The translations under genes and the position numbers were made by a program. From positions 21,653 to 85,652 of the forward strand of contig DAOTXL010000128.1 of assembly GCA_034435455.1 (NCBI GenBank): a stretch of DNA of 64,000 nucleotides, in the 5' to 3' direction. This document shows positions 47,284 to 56,293 of the stretch, in pieces. The notes beneath the pieces are model-generated. The model saw nothing but the letters and a program-made list of their open reading frames with translations, did not search any database and was not told where the DNA came from. This DNA comes from Anaerolineae bacterium. Lineage in GTDB: Bacteria; Chloroflexota; Anaerolineae; JAAYZQ01. Position 1 is the first letter of the stretch, and each line of letters starts with the position of its first letter.

Positions 47284-48660
47284 ATGAGCCTCTTGCGCCT
47301 TGTGCAACGTCCCCTGCACCGGGTGGCCGCCTTGCTGCTGCAACTCGACCACCCTGCTCCGCCCCGCACCGACGCCGAGTTCGCCGCCGAGGTGGAGCGC
47401 CATTACCGCTGGAACTTTGTCTTCAACCTCCTCGATGGGGCGACCTTCTGGTTTGGCATCAGCTTTGTCTCCTCGTCCACCATCGCCCCGCTGTTCATCA
47501 GCAAGCTGACCTCCAGTCCGTTGCCCATCGGCCTGTTGGCGGTCATTGCCCAGGCAGGTTGGTTCCTGCCCCAGGTCTTTACGGCCAACGGCGTGCAACG
47601 GCTGCCCCGGAAAAAGCCGGTCGTCGTCAACCTGGGGTTCTTTTTGGAACGGCTGCCGCTGGGGCTGGTGTTGGCTTCTGCCCTGGTGGCCGGACGGTCG
47701 AGCAGCCTGGCGCTGGTGCTCTTTTTCGTCGGCATCGCCTGGCACTCCCTGGGGGCGGGGGTGGTGGCCACCGCCTGGCAGGACCTGATCGCCCGGTGCT
47801 TCCCGGTGGACCGGCGCGGGCGCTTTTTCGGGATCACCAATTTTCTGGGGGCCGGCATGGGGGCGGCCGGGGCGGCGCTCAGCGCCTGGCTGCTAAAGAC
47901 CATTCCTTTTCCTGCCAGCTTTGTCTATCTGTTTGCCATCGCCGCCGGGGGGCTGTTGCTCAGTTGGAGCTTTCTGGCCCTGGTCCGGGAGCCGGCCCAG
48001 CCGGCCGACCTACCCCCGCAGAGCAACCGCCAGTTTCTGGCCGGGCTACCCGCCCTGATCCGCAGGGACCACAACTTTCGCCGGTTTCTGATAGCCCGGT
48101 CGTTGCTGGCCCTGGGGGGCATGGGCAGTGGCTTTGTCACGGTGGCTGCGCTGGCCCGCTGGCAGGTTCCCGACAGTACGGTGGGGGTCTATACTGCGGT
48201 CTACCTGTTGAGCCAGACGGTGGGCAACCTGGCCTTTGGCCTGCTGGCCGACCGGTTTGGGCACAAGCTGTCGCTCGAGCTGGGGGCGTTGGCCGCGACG
48301 CTGGCTTTTGCCGTGGCCTGGCTGGCGCCCGTGCCGGGATGGTATTACGGCCTTTTTGCCCTGCAGGGCATCACCTTCAGCTCCATCCTGGTCTCCGGCA
48401 TTCTGGTGGCGTTAGAGTTCTCCGAGCCGCAGCTCCGGCCCACCTACGTGGGGCTGGCCAATACGGCGGTGGGGCTGGTCGGCATGGTCGCGCCGTTGCT
48501 GGGGGCGGCGCTGGCGGGCATCGGCTATGGCTGGACCTTTGCCGTCAGCGCGGCCGTCAGCCTGGCGGCGACGGTCTCCCTGCACTGGTGGGTGCGCGAG
48601 CCGCGATGGATGCCGGTCACAAAACTGTGCTACCGAGAGGCAGAGGACGCAGAAGTGTAG
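47284..48660 (+). CDS. MFS transporter.
   Basis: 12 TM helices with D-R-x-G-R-like motifs (VDRRGRFFG). Confidence 0.8.
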   Translation: MSLLRLVQRPLHRVAALLLQLDHPAPPRTDAEFAAEVERHYRWNFVFNLLDGATFWFGISFVSSSTIAPLFISKLTSSPLPIGLLAVIAQAGWFLPQVFTANGVQRLPRKKPVVVNLGFFLERLPLGLVLASALVAGRSSSLALVLFFVGIAWHSLGAGVVATAWQDLIARCFPVDRRGRFFGITNFLGAGMGAAGAALSAWLLKTIPFPASFVYLFAIAAGGLLLSWSFLALVREPAQPADLPPQSNRQFLAGLPALIRRDHNFRRFLIARSLLALGGMGSGFVTVAALARWQVPDSTVGVYTAVYLLSQTVGNLAFGLLADRFGHKLSLELGALAATLAFAVAWLAPVPGWYYGLFALQGITFSSILVSGILVALEFSEPQLRPTYVGLANTAVGLVGMVAPLLGAALAGIGYGWTFAVSAAVSLAATVSLHWWVREPRWMPVTKLCYREAEDAEV

Positions 48661-48669
48661 AGAGGGACC

Positions 48670-49578
48670 ATGTCTGTCTTGTTGAATGTGGTGCTGCCGG
48701 TCTTTTTAGTGGTCGGCGTGGCGGCGCTGGCGCAGGCTCGCCTGCACCTTGAGGTCAAGACCCTGTCGCGGGCTACCTTCTACCTCTTTGCGCCGGCCCT
48801 GGTTTTCGACTCGCTCCTCAGTTCGGGCATCGGGGGCCGGGAATTCGGCCAGGTCGCTGCTGCCGTGTTGCTGCTCACCCTGTTGTTGTGGGGGCTGGCG
48901 GCCGTTGCGGCCCGGCTTCTCCGGCTGCAAGGGCCTACTCGGGCCGCTTTCCTGGCGGCGATCCTGTTGATGAACGCCGGCAACTTTGGGCTGCCCATCA
49001 ATCTGTTCGCCTTTGGGCTGCCGGGGCTGGCCTGGGCGTCGCTGTACTACACGGTCAGCGCCATGCTCAGCTCCAGCCTGGGGGTGTACCTCACGGCCCG
49101 GGGCCGGTCCTCACCCCGCCTGGCGCTGCGCCGGATGGTCGGTGTGCCGTTGGTGTATGGGGCGGCCCTGGGTCTGGCCCTGAACCTGGGGGGGGTGACC
49201 CTCCCTGAACCGGTGGGGAAAGCGGTGCACCTCCTGGGGCAGGCTTCGATCCCGGCCATGCTCATAGTGCTGGGGGTGCAACTGGCCGAGACGTTTCGTG
49301 AGCGGCAGAACCGGCTTCATCTGCCGGCTCTGGCTGTCGTCGCTGTGGCCCGGCTGGTGGTGGCCCCGGCCCTGGCCTGGGGGCTGGCCTGGCTAATCGG
49401 CCTGCGGGGGCTGGCGCACAACGTGGTCGTGCTGGAGAGCGCCATGCCCACCGCCGTGATCACCACCATTCTGGCTGCCGAGTTCGGTTCCGACTCGCGG
49501 TTCGCTGCCCTGTGCGCCCTGGTCACGACCCTGCTCAGCCTGGCGACGCTGACCTTGCTGCTCAACTGGCTCATGTAG
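48670..49578 (+). CDS. AEC family transporter (auxin efflux carrier / malate permease-like).
   Basis: MSVLLNVVLPVFLVVGVAALAQ plus 8-10 TM helices with AEC architecture. Confidence 0.75.
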   Translation: MSVLLNVVLPVFLVVGVAALAQARLHLEVKTLSRATFYLFAPALVFDSLLSSGIGGREFGQVAAAVLLLTLLLWGLAAVAARLLRLQGPTRAAFLAAILLMNAGNFGLPINLFAFGLPGLAWASLYYTVSAMLSSSLGVYLTARGRSSPRLALRRMVGVPLVYGAALGLALNLGGVTLPEPVGKAVHLLGQASIPAMLIVLGVQLAETFRERQNRLHLPALAVVAVARLVVAPALAWGLAWLIGLRGLAHNVVVLESAMPTAVITTILAAEFGSDSRFAALCALVTTLLSLATLTLLLNWLM

Positions 49579-49603
49579 GCAACCGCTTGCCGGCGGCCTG
49601 TTT

Positions 49604-50605
49604 TTGCAGGAACCTGTTGTTCGATGTGATGCTCTGGACGGTGATATGGAACCCTTTTGGCAGCGGCTGTACCTCCTCCTGGACCGGCGGTTGGGTGGCT
49701 GGCCGACCGTGCTGGTCCGGGCTGTGCTGGCTTTTGGCCGCGACGACGGACCGACCATGTCGGCCTCTATTGCCTACTATGCGCTGTTCTCCTGGTTTCC
49801 GCTGCTGCTGCTGCTGATTAGCCTGGGCAGTCTGGTGTTGGATTTGTCTCAGGCGCAGCGGTTGGCCCTCGACCTGGTGGATCGGTATGTGCCTGCTGCT
49901 GCGGCTTTGGCCCACAGCAACCTGGACCAGGTTCTCTGGGCGCGCAATGCCCTCGGTGTAGCCGCGGGGGTGGGGCTGATGTGGTCGGCCTCGGGGGTGT
50001 TTGGCGCCGTCTACCGGGCGGTGAACCGCGCCTGGGGGCAATGGTCGCCCGGCTCTTTTTGGCGGCGCCGGCTCTATGCCCTGGCGATGACGCTCAGCGT
50101 GGGGCTGCTCTTCCTGGCGACGACCGTTTACAGCACGGCCGTCAGCTTTGTGCGGGGCTGGCGGGTGCCGCTTCTGGGCTGGCAGCCCTTTGCCGATGCC
50201 GGGGTGGGCCGACTGGTGGGCTGGCTTTCGGCCCTGGTGCCGGCGCTGATCAGCGTGGCGATCCTGGCCGTCATCTACCGGACCATGCCCCGGGTCCGGG
50301 TGGCCTGGCGGGAAGTGTGGCCCGGTGCCCTGGCAGCCGGGGTGGTGTGGGAAGGGGCCAAGCAGCTTTCCACCTGGTACCTGGGCAATTTCGCCCGCTA
50401 CAGCCTGGTGTACGGTTCGGTGGGAGCCGTCATCGCTTTTGTGTTGTGGTCCTATCTGAGCGCGATGATCCTGCTGTTGGGGGCCGAATTCACGGCCCAA
50501 TATGCGCAATGGCGGCGGGCAGGCCGTCCGCTGGAAACGCGCCCGCCGCGGGAATGGATCGAGGAGTGGTCCGGGTGGAAGAATCGCTCAACATCATCGT
50601 CCTGA
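49604..50605 (+). CDS. YihY/BrkB (virulence factor BrkB / RNase BN-like) family membrane protein.
   Basis: MSASIAYYALFSWFPLLLLL...LGAEF. The true start may be the internal Met at 49646. Confidence 0.7.
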   Translation: MQEPVVRCDALDGDMEPFWQRLYLLLDRRLGGWPTVLVRAVLAFGRDDGPTMSASIAYYALFSWFPLLLLLISLGSLVLDLSQAQRLALDLVDRYVPAAAALAHSNLDQVLWARNALGVAAGVGLMWSASGVFGAVYRAVNRAWGQWSPGSFWRRRLYALAMTLSVGLLFLATTVYSTAVSFVRGWRVPLLGWQPFADAGVGRLVGWLSALVPALISVAILAVIYRTMPRVRVAWREVWPGALAAGVVWEGAKQLSTWYLGNFARYSLVYGSVGAVIAFVLWSYLSAMILLLGAEFTAQYAQWRRAGRPLETRPPREWIEEWSGWKNRSTSSS

Positions 50606-51075
50606 CGCTGACCCTGCTGGTTATGCTTGTGGGGCTGATCGGCATCGTGGTGCCGGTCCTCCCCGGCACCGTGTTGATCTTTCTGGCGGCGCTGCTCTAT
50701 GCTGTGGTCGAGGGCTTTCAGACCGTCGGCTGGCCGACGTTGCTCGTCCTGGGCCTGCTGATGATCGCCGCCACCAGCGCCGACCTGTGGGCCAGCGTCG
50801 CCGGGGCCAAAATGGGGGGGGCCAGTGGCTGGAGTGTGCTGGCGGGTTTGGCTGGTGGGCTGGTGGGGTTTGTGGCCTTGAGCCTGCCGGGGGCCATCCT
50901 CGGTGCGGTGTTGGGGGTGCTGCTGAGTGAGATGCTCCGCCTGGGCGACTGGAAAAAGGCGCTCAAGGCGGGCGGCGGCTGGATGGTGGGCTGGGTGCTG
51001 TCGGTTGTCCTGCAACTGAGCATCGGCCTGGCGATGGTGGCGATCTTTGTCTGGCAGGTGGTGCAGGGGCCGTAG
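50575..51075 (+). CDS. DUF456 family membrane protein.
   Basis: GTG start. Four TM helices (VPVLPGTVLIFLAALLY...). Overlaps the yihY 3' end in another frame. Confidence 0.55.
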   Translation: MEESLNIIVLTLTLLVMLVGLIGIVVPVLPGTVLIFLAALLYAVVEGFQTVGWPTLLVLGLLMIAATSADLWASVAGAKMGGASGWSVLAGLAGGLVGFVALSLPGAILGAVLGVLLSEMLRLGDWKKALKAGGGWMVGWVLSVVLQLSIGLAMVAIFVWQVVQGP

Positions 51076-51087
51076 CCGGGCTGTCTG

Positions 51088-53064
51088 TTACCAGGAGTGA
51101 TCGTGCGGCAGGACCTGAGGGGGATGGGCCACGTAGATGGGCATGGGCCTGGTTTTGCCCGGGATCTCCACGGGGGAGAGTGGCTCGAAAAGCCAGCCGG
51201 CCAGCGTCCCTCCCAGGGCTTCGACGACCGCTTCCGAAATGATGATCTGGCCGTGTTGGGCCAGTTCGACCAGCCGGTGGGCGGTGTTGACTGCGTCGCC
51301 CACCATGCCAAAGTTCATATGGCTTTGTGCGCCGATGTTGCCCATCACGACCGTGCCCTGGTCAATGCCTACCCCTAACCCTACTTCGATCCCCCGCTCT
51401 TCCTGCCAGCGGCGGCGCAGCCGGGTAAAGGCCAACTGCATCTCGCCGGCGGTGTGCAAGGCCCGCTGGGCGGCATCTTCCTGAGCAAAGGGCGCGCCGA
51501 ACCCGACCATCAACTCGTCGCCGGCCAGGTCGAACACGGTTCCCTGGTGGCGGTAGACCACCTGGACCATCTCCGTAAAGAACTCGTTGAGCACCTCGAT
51601 AACGGTCCCAGGGGCGAAGGAGGAGGTCAGGCGGGTAAACCCCCGCAGATCGGTAAAGAGGACCACCACATCCCGGCGTTCACGGCGCTCCAGGATCCCG
51701 GCCTCCTGGGCCAGGATGCGGTCCACCAGTTCAGGGCTGACGTACCGCTCAAAGATGTGGCGCAGGCGCTGGCGTTCTTCCTGTTCTGCCCGAAGGCGCA
51801 TCGCTTCCAGCTCTTTTAGGGGTGTGATATCCTGCACCACGGCCACCTGTCCTACGCCGGCGACCGGCGAGACGCTGATGTAGAGGGTTCGGCCGCCGTC
51901 GGCCAACACCTCTAGCGATGTGGGCTGCCCGCTGACGGCCACGCGGGCAAACAGGTTCAGCAATGGATCAGGCACCCGGCCTTGCAAGGGTTGACCTGTG
52001 GCCTCCTCGGCGTTCAGGCCAAAGGTCCGTTCGGCGGCCGGGTTGGCCAGGATCAGGTGGCCTGCCTCGTCAATGACCAGCACGGCATCGGTGGTGCCGC
52101 TGAGCACGGCCGATAGTTTGGCCTGTTCCTCGCGGGCCTGCTCGTACAGGCGGGCGTTCCGGACGGTGATGGCTGCCTGGGCAGCGATGGAGGTCAGAAC
52201 GGTGAGGTGGCCATCGTCGAAAAAGCCGGGCTGGGGATGGGTCAGCAACAGAATGCCGATGATCTCCTCCCCGGCCAGCATCGGGGCGGCGATGACCGAG
52301 CCGACCGCCTCGGCATTGGTGGGCAGCACCAGCCATCGGTGGTCCTGGGCGGTGTCCCGGACGATGGTGGCGGTCCGGTGCTGGTGGACCCAGCCGGCTA
52401 ACCCCTGTTGGAGGATGGCCGGCGTCACCGGCCCCACCACCCCCGGCGGTTGGCCGATGCGGCTGATGATCTGCTGGGCCGAATCGGCGCCCTCAAAGAG
52501 GATAATGCTGCCCATGCTGGCCGCCAGGGCGTCGCGGGTCAGGGTCACGATCTTGCCCAGCACTTCGTCCAGGGCCAGCCGGCTGTTGATCTCCTGGCCG
52601 ATGTTGTAGAGCAGGGCCAGGCGGTTGCGCTCTGTTCGCAGGGCATCGTAGGCATATTTGAGCCGCAGCAGCGAACGGACGCGGGCCAGGAGTTCTTCAC
52701 GGTTGAACGGCTTGCTCAAAAACTCATCTGCCCCGGCTTCCAGACCCTGGATGCGGTCCTGGACCCGGCTCAGAGCGGTGAGCAGGATGACGGGGATGAA
52801 CCAGGTCCGGCTGTCGGCCTTGAGCTGCCGGCAAACGGTGAAACCGTCCAGGCCGGGCATCATCACGTCGAGGATGATCAGGTCGGGCAGTTGGGCCTTG
52901 ACAATGGCCAGGGCTTCTGCGCCGCTGTAGGCGGGGATAACCCGGTACCCGGCGTGGCTGAGCTGGAGCTCCAGAAGCTGTACGCTGGCCACCGAGTCGT
53001 CCACGACCAGGATTGTGGCGCTCCTGTCCTGGCCGGCGGAGAGATCTTGTTCCGGTGCATCCAT
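51088..53064 (-). CDS. Response-regulator receiver - GAF - PAS - class III adenylate/guanylate cyclase (658 aa).
   Basis: The N-terminal REC domain contains ILVVDD and DLIILDVMMPGLDG. C-terminal cyclase motifs: VVVLFTDLRGFT...DLAGDELMVGFGAP. ATG at 53064. Confidence 0.85.
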   Translation of the reverse strand: MDAPEQDLSAGQDRSATILVVDDSVASVQLLELQLSHAGYRVIPAYSGAEALAIVKAQLPDLIILDVMMPGLDGFTVCRQLKADSRTWFIPVILLTALSRVQDRIQGLEAGADEFLSKPFNREELLARVRSLLRLKYAYDALRTERNRLALLYNIGQEINSRLALDEVLGKIVTLTRDALAASMGSIILFEGADSAQQIISRIGQPPGVVGPVTPAILQQGLAGWVHQHRTATIVRDTAQDHRWLVLPTNAEAVGSVIAAPMLAGEEIIGILLLTHPQPGFFDDGHLTVLTSIAAQAAITVRNARLYEQAREEQAKLSAVLSGTTDAVLVIDEAGHLILANPAAERTFGLNAEEATGQPLQGRVPDPLLNLFARVAVSGQPTSLEVLADGGRTLYISVSPVAGVGQVAVVQDITPLKELEAMRLRAEQEERQRLRHIFERYVSPELVDRILAQEAGILERRERRDVVVLFTDLRGFTRLTSSFAPGTVIEVLNEFFTEMVQVVYRHQGTVFDLAGDELMVGFGAPFAQEDAAQRALHTAGEMQLAFTRLRRRWQEERGIEVGLGVGIDQGTVVMGNIGAQSHMNFGMVGDAVNTAHRLVELAQHGQIIISEAVVEALGGTLAGWLFEPLSPVEIPGKTRPMPIYVAHPPQVLPHDHSW

Positions 53065-53127
53065 AGAGCGATTCACCCGTTTTGCCGATACCTTGTGAAA
53101 GCGTCGGGAACCCCCATCCAGGTTCCG

Positions 53128-53199
53128 CCACCGGGCCGCCGCGAGGGCGGCCCCTGCCATTTTCGTCCCCGGGAGTGTGCCGGGAAACAGGACGACTCT
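53128..53199 (-). ncRNA. Conserved two-hairpin leader RNA motif, copy B (upstream of the adenylate cyclase gene).
   Basis: Minus-strand sequence AGAGTCGTCCTGTTTCCCGGCACACTCCCGGGGACGAAAATGGCAGGGGCCGCCCTCGCGGCGGCCCGGTGG aligns with copy A. Same distance (about 65 nt) to the start codon. Confidence 0.55.
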
Positions 53200-53206
53200 A
53201 ACGATT

Positions 53207-54028
53207 CTAGAGAGAGATTTCCATTCCCTCTCTGGCCAGAAAGGCGGAGGGGAACAAAGCCCGGGCCTGTTGTTCGATCTCGTCCAGTTCGTCGTCGGTG
53301 TGCATCGGGTCGTGGTGAAAGAGGGCCAACTGTCGCACATTGGCCTCCTGGGCCGTCTGCACGGCTTCCAACCAGCTACTGTGCCCCCAGTCCGCCCATC
53401 GCAATTTCTCCTCTACCGTGAATTGTGCATCGTGGATGAGGAGATCGGCCCCCTGGGCCAGGTCCACGATCTCCGGAGACAGGCTTCCCAGGGGGTGGTT
53501 CACGTCGCTGGCATAGACCACAGTCTGGTCCTGGCAGCTAATCCGAAAGCCGAACACGCCACCAGGGTGCGGCAGCCGCCGGGGGAGCACGATGGTCTGA
53601 TTGCCGATGACAATCCGTTCCCCATCCAGTAGCTCTTTGATCAGCAGGTCGGCGCGCAGGTCATCCAGGGTAAAGGGCAGGTATGCATCGCTCATCTGCC
53701 CGGCCAGGACCTGTTCGAGCTGTTTGCCCACCCGCCGTTCGCCCATAATGACCAGGCGGTTGTGTTTCTGGCGGGCCGGATAAAAGAAGGGCAACCCCTG
53801 AATGTGGTCCCAGTGGGTATGGCTGAACAGCAGGACTGCAATCAGGCGGTCTATAGGCCGGCGCATCAGGTCCAGCCCCAGCAGGCGGATGCCGGTGCCG
53901 GCATCCAGGATCACCACCTCCCGGTCCTGTGTTTTGACCTCCACACACAGGGTGTTGCCGCCGCTGCGGACCGTGTCGGGACCGGGCACGGGCACCGACC
54001 CTCGGACTCCCCAAAACTTGACCTTCAT
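53207..54028 (-). CDS. MBL-fold metallo-hydrolase, class II cyclic-nucleotide phosphodiesterase-like.
   Basis: LLFSHTHWDHIQGLPFF resembles the class II PDE signature HxHLDHxxGxP. Located directly upstream of the cyclase gene. Confidence 0.7.
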   Translation of the reverse strand: MKVKFWGVRGSVPVPGPDTVRSGGNTLCVEVKTQDREVVILDAGTGIRLLGLDLMRRPIDRLIAVLLFSHTHWDHIQGLPFFYPARQKHNRLVIMGERRVGKQLEQVLAGQMSDAYLPFTLDDLRADLLIKELLDGERIVIGNQTIVLPRRLPHPGGVFGFRISCQDQTVVYASDVNHPLGSLSPEIVDLAQGADLLIHDAQFTVEEKLRWADWGHSSWLEAVQTAQEANVRQLALFHHDPMHTDDELDEIEQQARALFPSAFLAREGMEISL

Positions 54029-54093
54029 CCTCTCTCTCTAATCTCTGGCTGCTTCCATCGGTCCCGGCCGCCGGTCCCCTCTCCCTCTGTCTG

Positions 54094-54984
54094 TTAAGGG
54101 GATCTCCTTTCCAGAGCGAGGGCGGCGTAGCTGGCCAGGATCTTGAGGAGCAGTTCGTCGTGGTTGCTAAACGATCTCTTCTCCCCCCGCCGGTCTACCG
54201 ATAGGATGCCAAGGCTCCGTCCCTGCCCCTGGATGGGGACCTGGAGCACGGCCTGGACCGCCTCGCCCGTTTGTAGTTGGATGCCGGGCGTGAGGTCTGA
54301 ACACAGCCGGATGGCTACCTGGCTTTGCAGGACCGGTTGCAGCCCCTCATCGCCGGCCAGACGGGGGACATAGTTATCGGTGTGTCCGGCCTTCCCCCGC
54401 GCCACAGCCACTCTGAGCCGTTCGGCGGCGTCATCCAGCAGCAACAACAGACCGGCATCGGCCTGGGTGGCATACAATCCTGCCTCCACAATCCGCTGCA
54501 AGGCCAGGTCCCGGTCCGGGGTTGAGGTCACGAAATGCCCGACGGCCGCCAGCAGGGTGAACTGGCGGGAGTGCTCTTTCAAAGTCGCCTTCAACTGGTC
54601 TCGTTCCCGATAGATGCGCCGGTCGGCCAGTGCCTGCTCGATGCTGGAGAGGATCTCTTCCATAGTGAACGGTTTGATGAGATAGTCCCGCGCCCCCAGT
54701 TTCAGGGCACGGGCGGCGGTGCCTTCGGAACCGTAGGCGGTCATCATGATCATGGGGATGGTCATCCCCTGCCGGTTGAGCTCCTGGAGTACCTTGATCC
54801 CGTTCATATCGGGGAGTTCGAGGTCTATCAGGATGGCGTCGGGCTGCCTGGCCGACAGCAGGGCCAGGCTTTCCTGCGCCGTGCTGGCGCTGAGGGTGGT
54901 ATAGCCGCTGTCGTTCAAAATCGATTCCAGCAGGGCTCTGAGCTCATTGCTGTCGTCAATGATCAGGATCGTTTCTCCGGCCAT
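54094..54984 (-). CDS. Response regulator with REC and GAF domains.
   Basis: ILIIDDS...DAILIDLELPDMNG receiver domain and a C-terminal GAF domain. Confidence 0.8.
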   Translation of the reverse strand: MAGETILIIDDSNELRALLESILNDSGYTTLSASTAQESLALLSARQPDAILIDLELPDMNGIKVLQELNRQGMTIPMIMMTAYGSEGTAARALKLGARDYLIKPFTMEEILSSIEQALADRRIYRERDQLKATLKEHSRQFTLLAAVGHFVTSTPDRDLALQRIVEAGLYATQADAGLLLLLDDAAERLRVAVARGKAGHTDNYVPRLAGDEGLQPVLQSQVAIRLCSDLTPGIQLQTGEAVQAVLQVPIQGQGRSLGILSVDRRGEKRSFSNHDELLLKILASYAALALERRSP

Positions 54985-55102
54985 TGCCTGTTTTTGCCTT
55001 TCTGAGGGTAAGACCCCATACTATCACATGACAAATATATCACATTTGGGCCGGCTTGCCAACTTGGGGCAGGAGGCTGACACACCCGGCCCTTGAGCGG
55101 TT

Positions 55103-55128
55103 TGCCGGGTGAGAAGAGGTGTGTTATA
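55103..55128 (+). promoter_or_regulatory. Sigma-70-like promoter (TTGCCG - 17 nt - TATACT).
   Basis: tttgccgggtgagaagaggtgtgttatact lies upstream of the ATG at 55148. Confidence 0.4.
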
Positions 55129-55147
55129 CTGGCGGCGAAAGGCTGGG

Positions 55148-56293
55148 ATGATGCGCAGAAACAGCTTGCTGTTGGTCGTGGGGTTGTTGGGGACCGTGTT
55201 CTGGCCCGATTTCCAGGGGGGCGCCCTGGCCAGGGGGCAGGGCCAACGGGCCGAGGCTGAGCGCCTGGTGGTGGCCTTCTATTACGCCTGGTACGACCAG
55301 AAGACATGGAGTTCGGGGCAGGTGCCCGACCTGCCCCTGACCCCCTACAATTCGGACGACCGGCAGGCGATGGCCCGGCAGGTCGAGCAGGCGCAGGATG
55401 CCGGCCTGGATGCCTTTGTGCTCAACTGGTGGGGCACGGGGAACCGGACGGAAAAGAACCTGAAAGCCCTGCTGGAGGTCGCGGCCGAGCGGGGCTTTCG
55501 GGTGGCGGTGGATTTTGACCTCAACTCGCCGTTTATGAGTGGGGTGGATGGCTACGCCGAGAACCTGCGCCATCTGCACACGGTCCATGCGGCCCACCCG
55601 GCCTACCTGCGTTACCAGGGCCACCCCGTCATCTTTTTTTTCAACGTCGCTCGCCTGTCGGTGGCCACCTGGCAAACGTTGCGCGATCAGGTGGACCCCG
55701 GCCGGAGCGCGTTGTGGATCGCCGAAGGCACCGACCTGAAGTACCAGTCGGTGTTTGACGGGCATCACCTGTACAGCATCACCTGGCCGAACGGCATCCC
55801 CCCGGCCCAGACCCTGCCCCGGTGGGGGGACCGGGTACGCACCTACAATCGCGAGCACGGCACAAACAAGCTGTGGGTGGCCACGGTGATGCCCGGTTAC
55901 GATGATCGGAAGGTCCGGCCGGGAAGCGGCTTTGCCTGCCCGCGGGGGGATGGCGATTATTATCGTCGCTGCTGGCAGGCTGCCATCGCCAGTCAGCCGG
56001 CCCTGATTGTCGTCAATTCTTTCAACGAGTGGCCGGAGGGATCGTATATCGAGCCCAGCCGGGCGTTTGGCAACCTCTACCTGGAGATCACGCGCGAATG
56101 GGCAGCCCGTTTCAAGGGGGCCGGTTTCACCACCAACGCGGCGCGTCCGGCCCCGGCGGCCCTTCCTTCTCAAACACCTGCTCCGCGGCCGGCCCCCACG
56201 GCCCGTCCTTCCCGAACCCCTGCCCCTGTGCCGGCCGCCCCGACGGCGGCCCCGCCCTGGCCTGCCCTGGCCCACCTCCCCATCCCGTTTTAA
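55148..56293 (+). CDS. Secreted glycoside-hydrolase-like protein (GH99-like fold?) with a Pro/Ala-rich C-terminal tail.
   Basis: Signal peptide. FYYAWYD and NSFNEWPEG motifs reminiscent of GH99/GH71-like TIM-barrel hydrolases. Low-complexity tail. Confidence 0.45.
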   Translation: MMRRNSLLLVVGLLGTVFWPDFQGGALARGQGQRAEAERLVVAFYYAWYDQKTWSSGQVPDLPLTPYNSDDRQAMARQVEQAQDAGLDAFVLNWWGTGNRTEKNLKALLEVAAERGFRVAVDFDLNSPFMSGVDGYAENLRHLHTVHAAHPAYLRYQGHPVIFFFNVARLSVATWQTLRDQVDPGRSALWIAEGTDLKYQSVFDGHHLYSITWPNGIPPAQTLPRWGDRVRTYNREHGTNKLWVATVMPGYDDRKVRPGSGFACPRGDGDYYRRCWQAAIASQPALIVVNSFNEWPEGSYIEPSRAFGNLYLEITREWAARFKGAGFTTNAARPAPAALPSQTPAPRPAPTARPSRTPAPVPAAPTAAPPWPALAHLPIPF

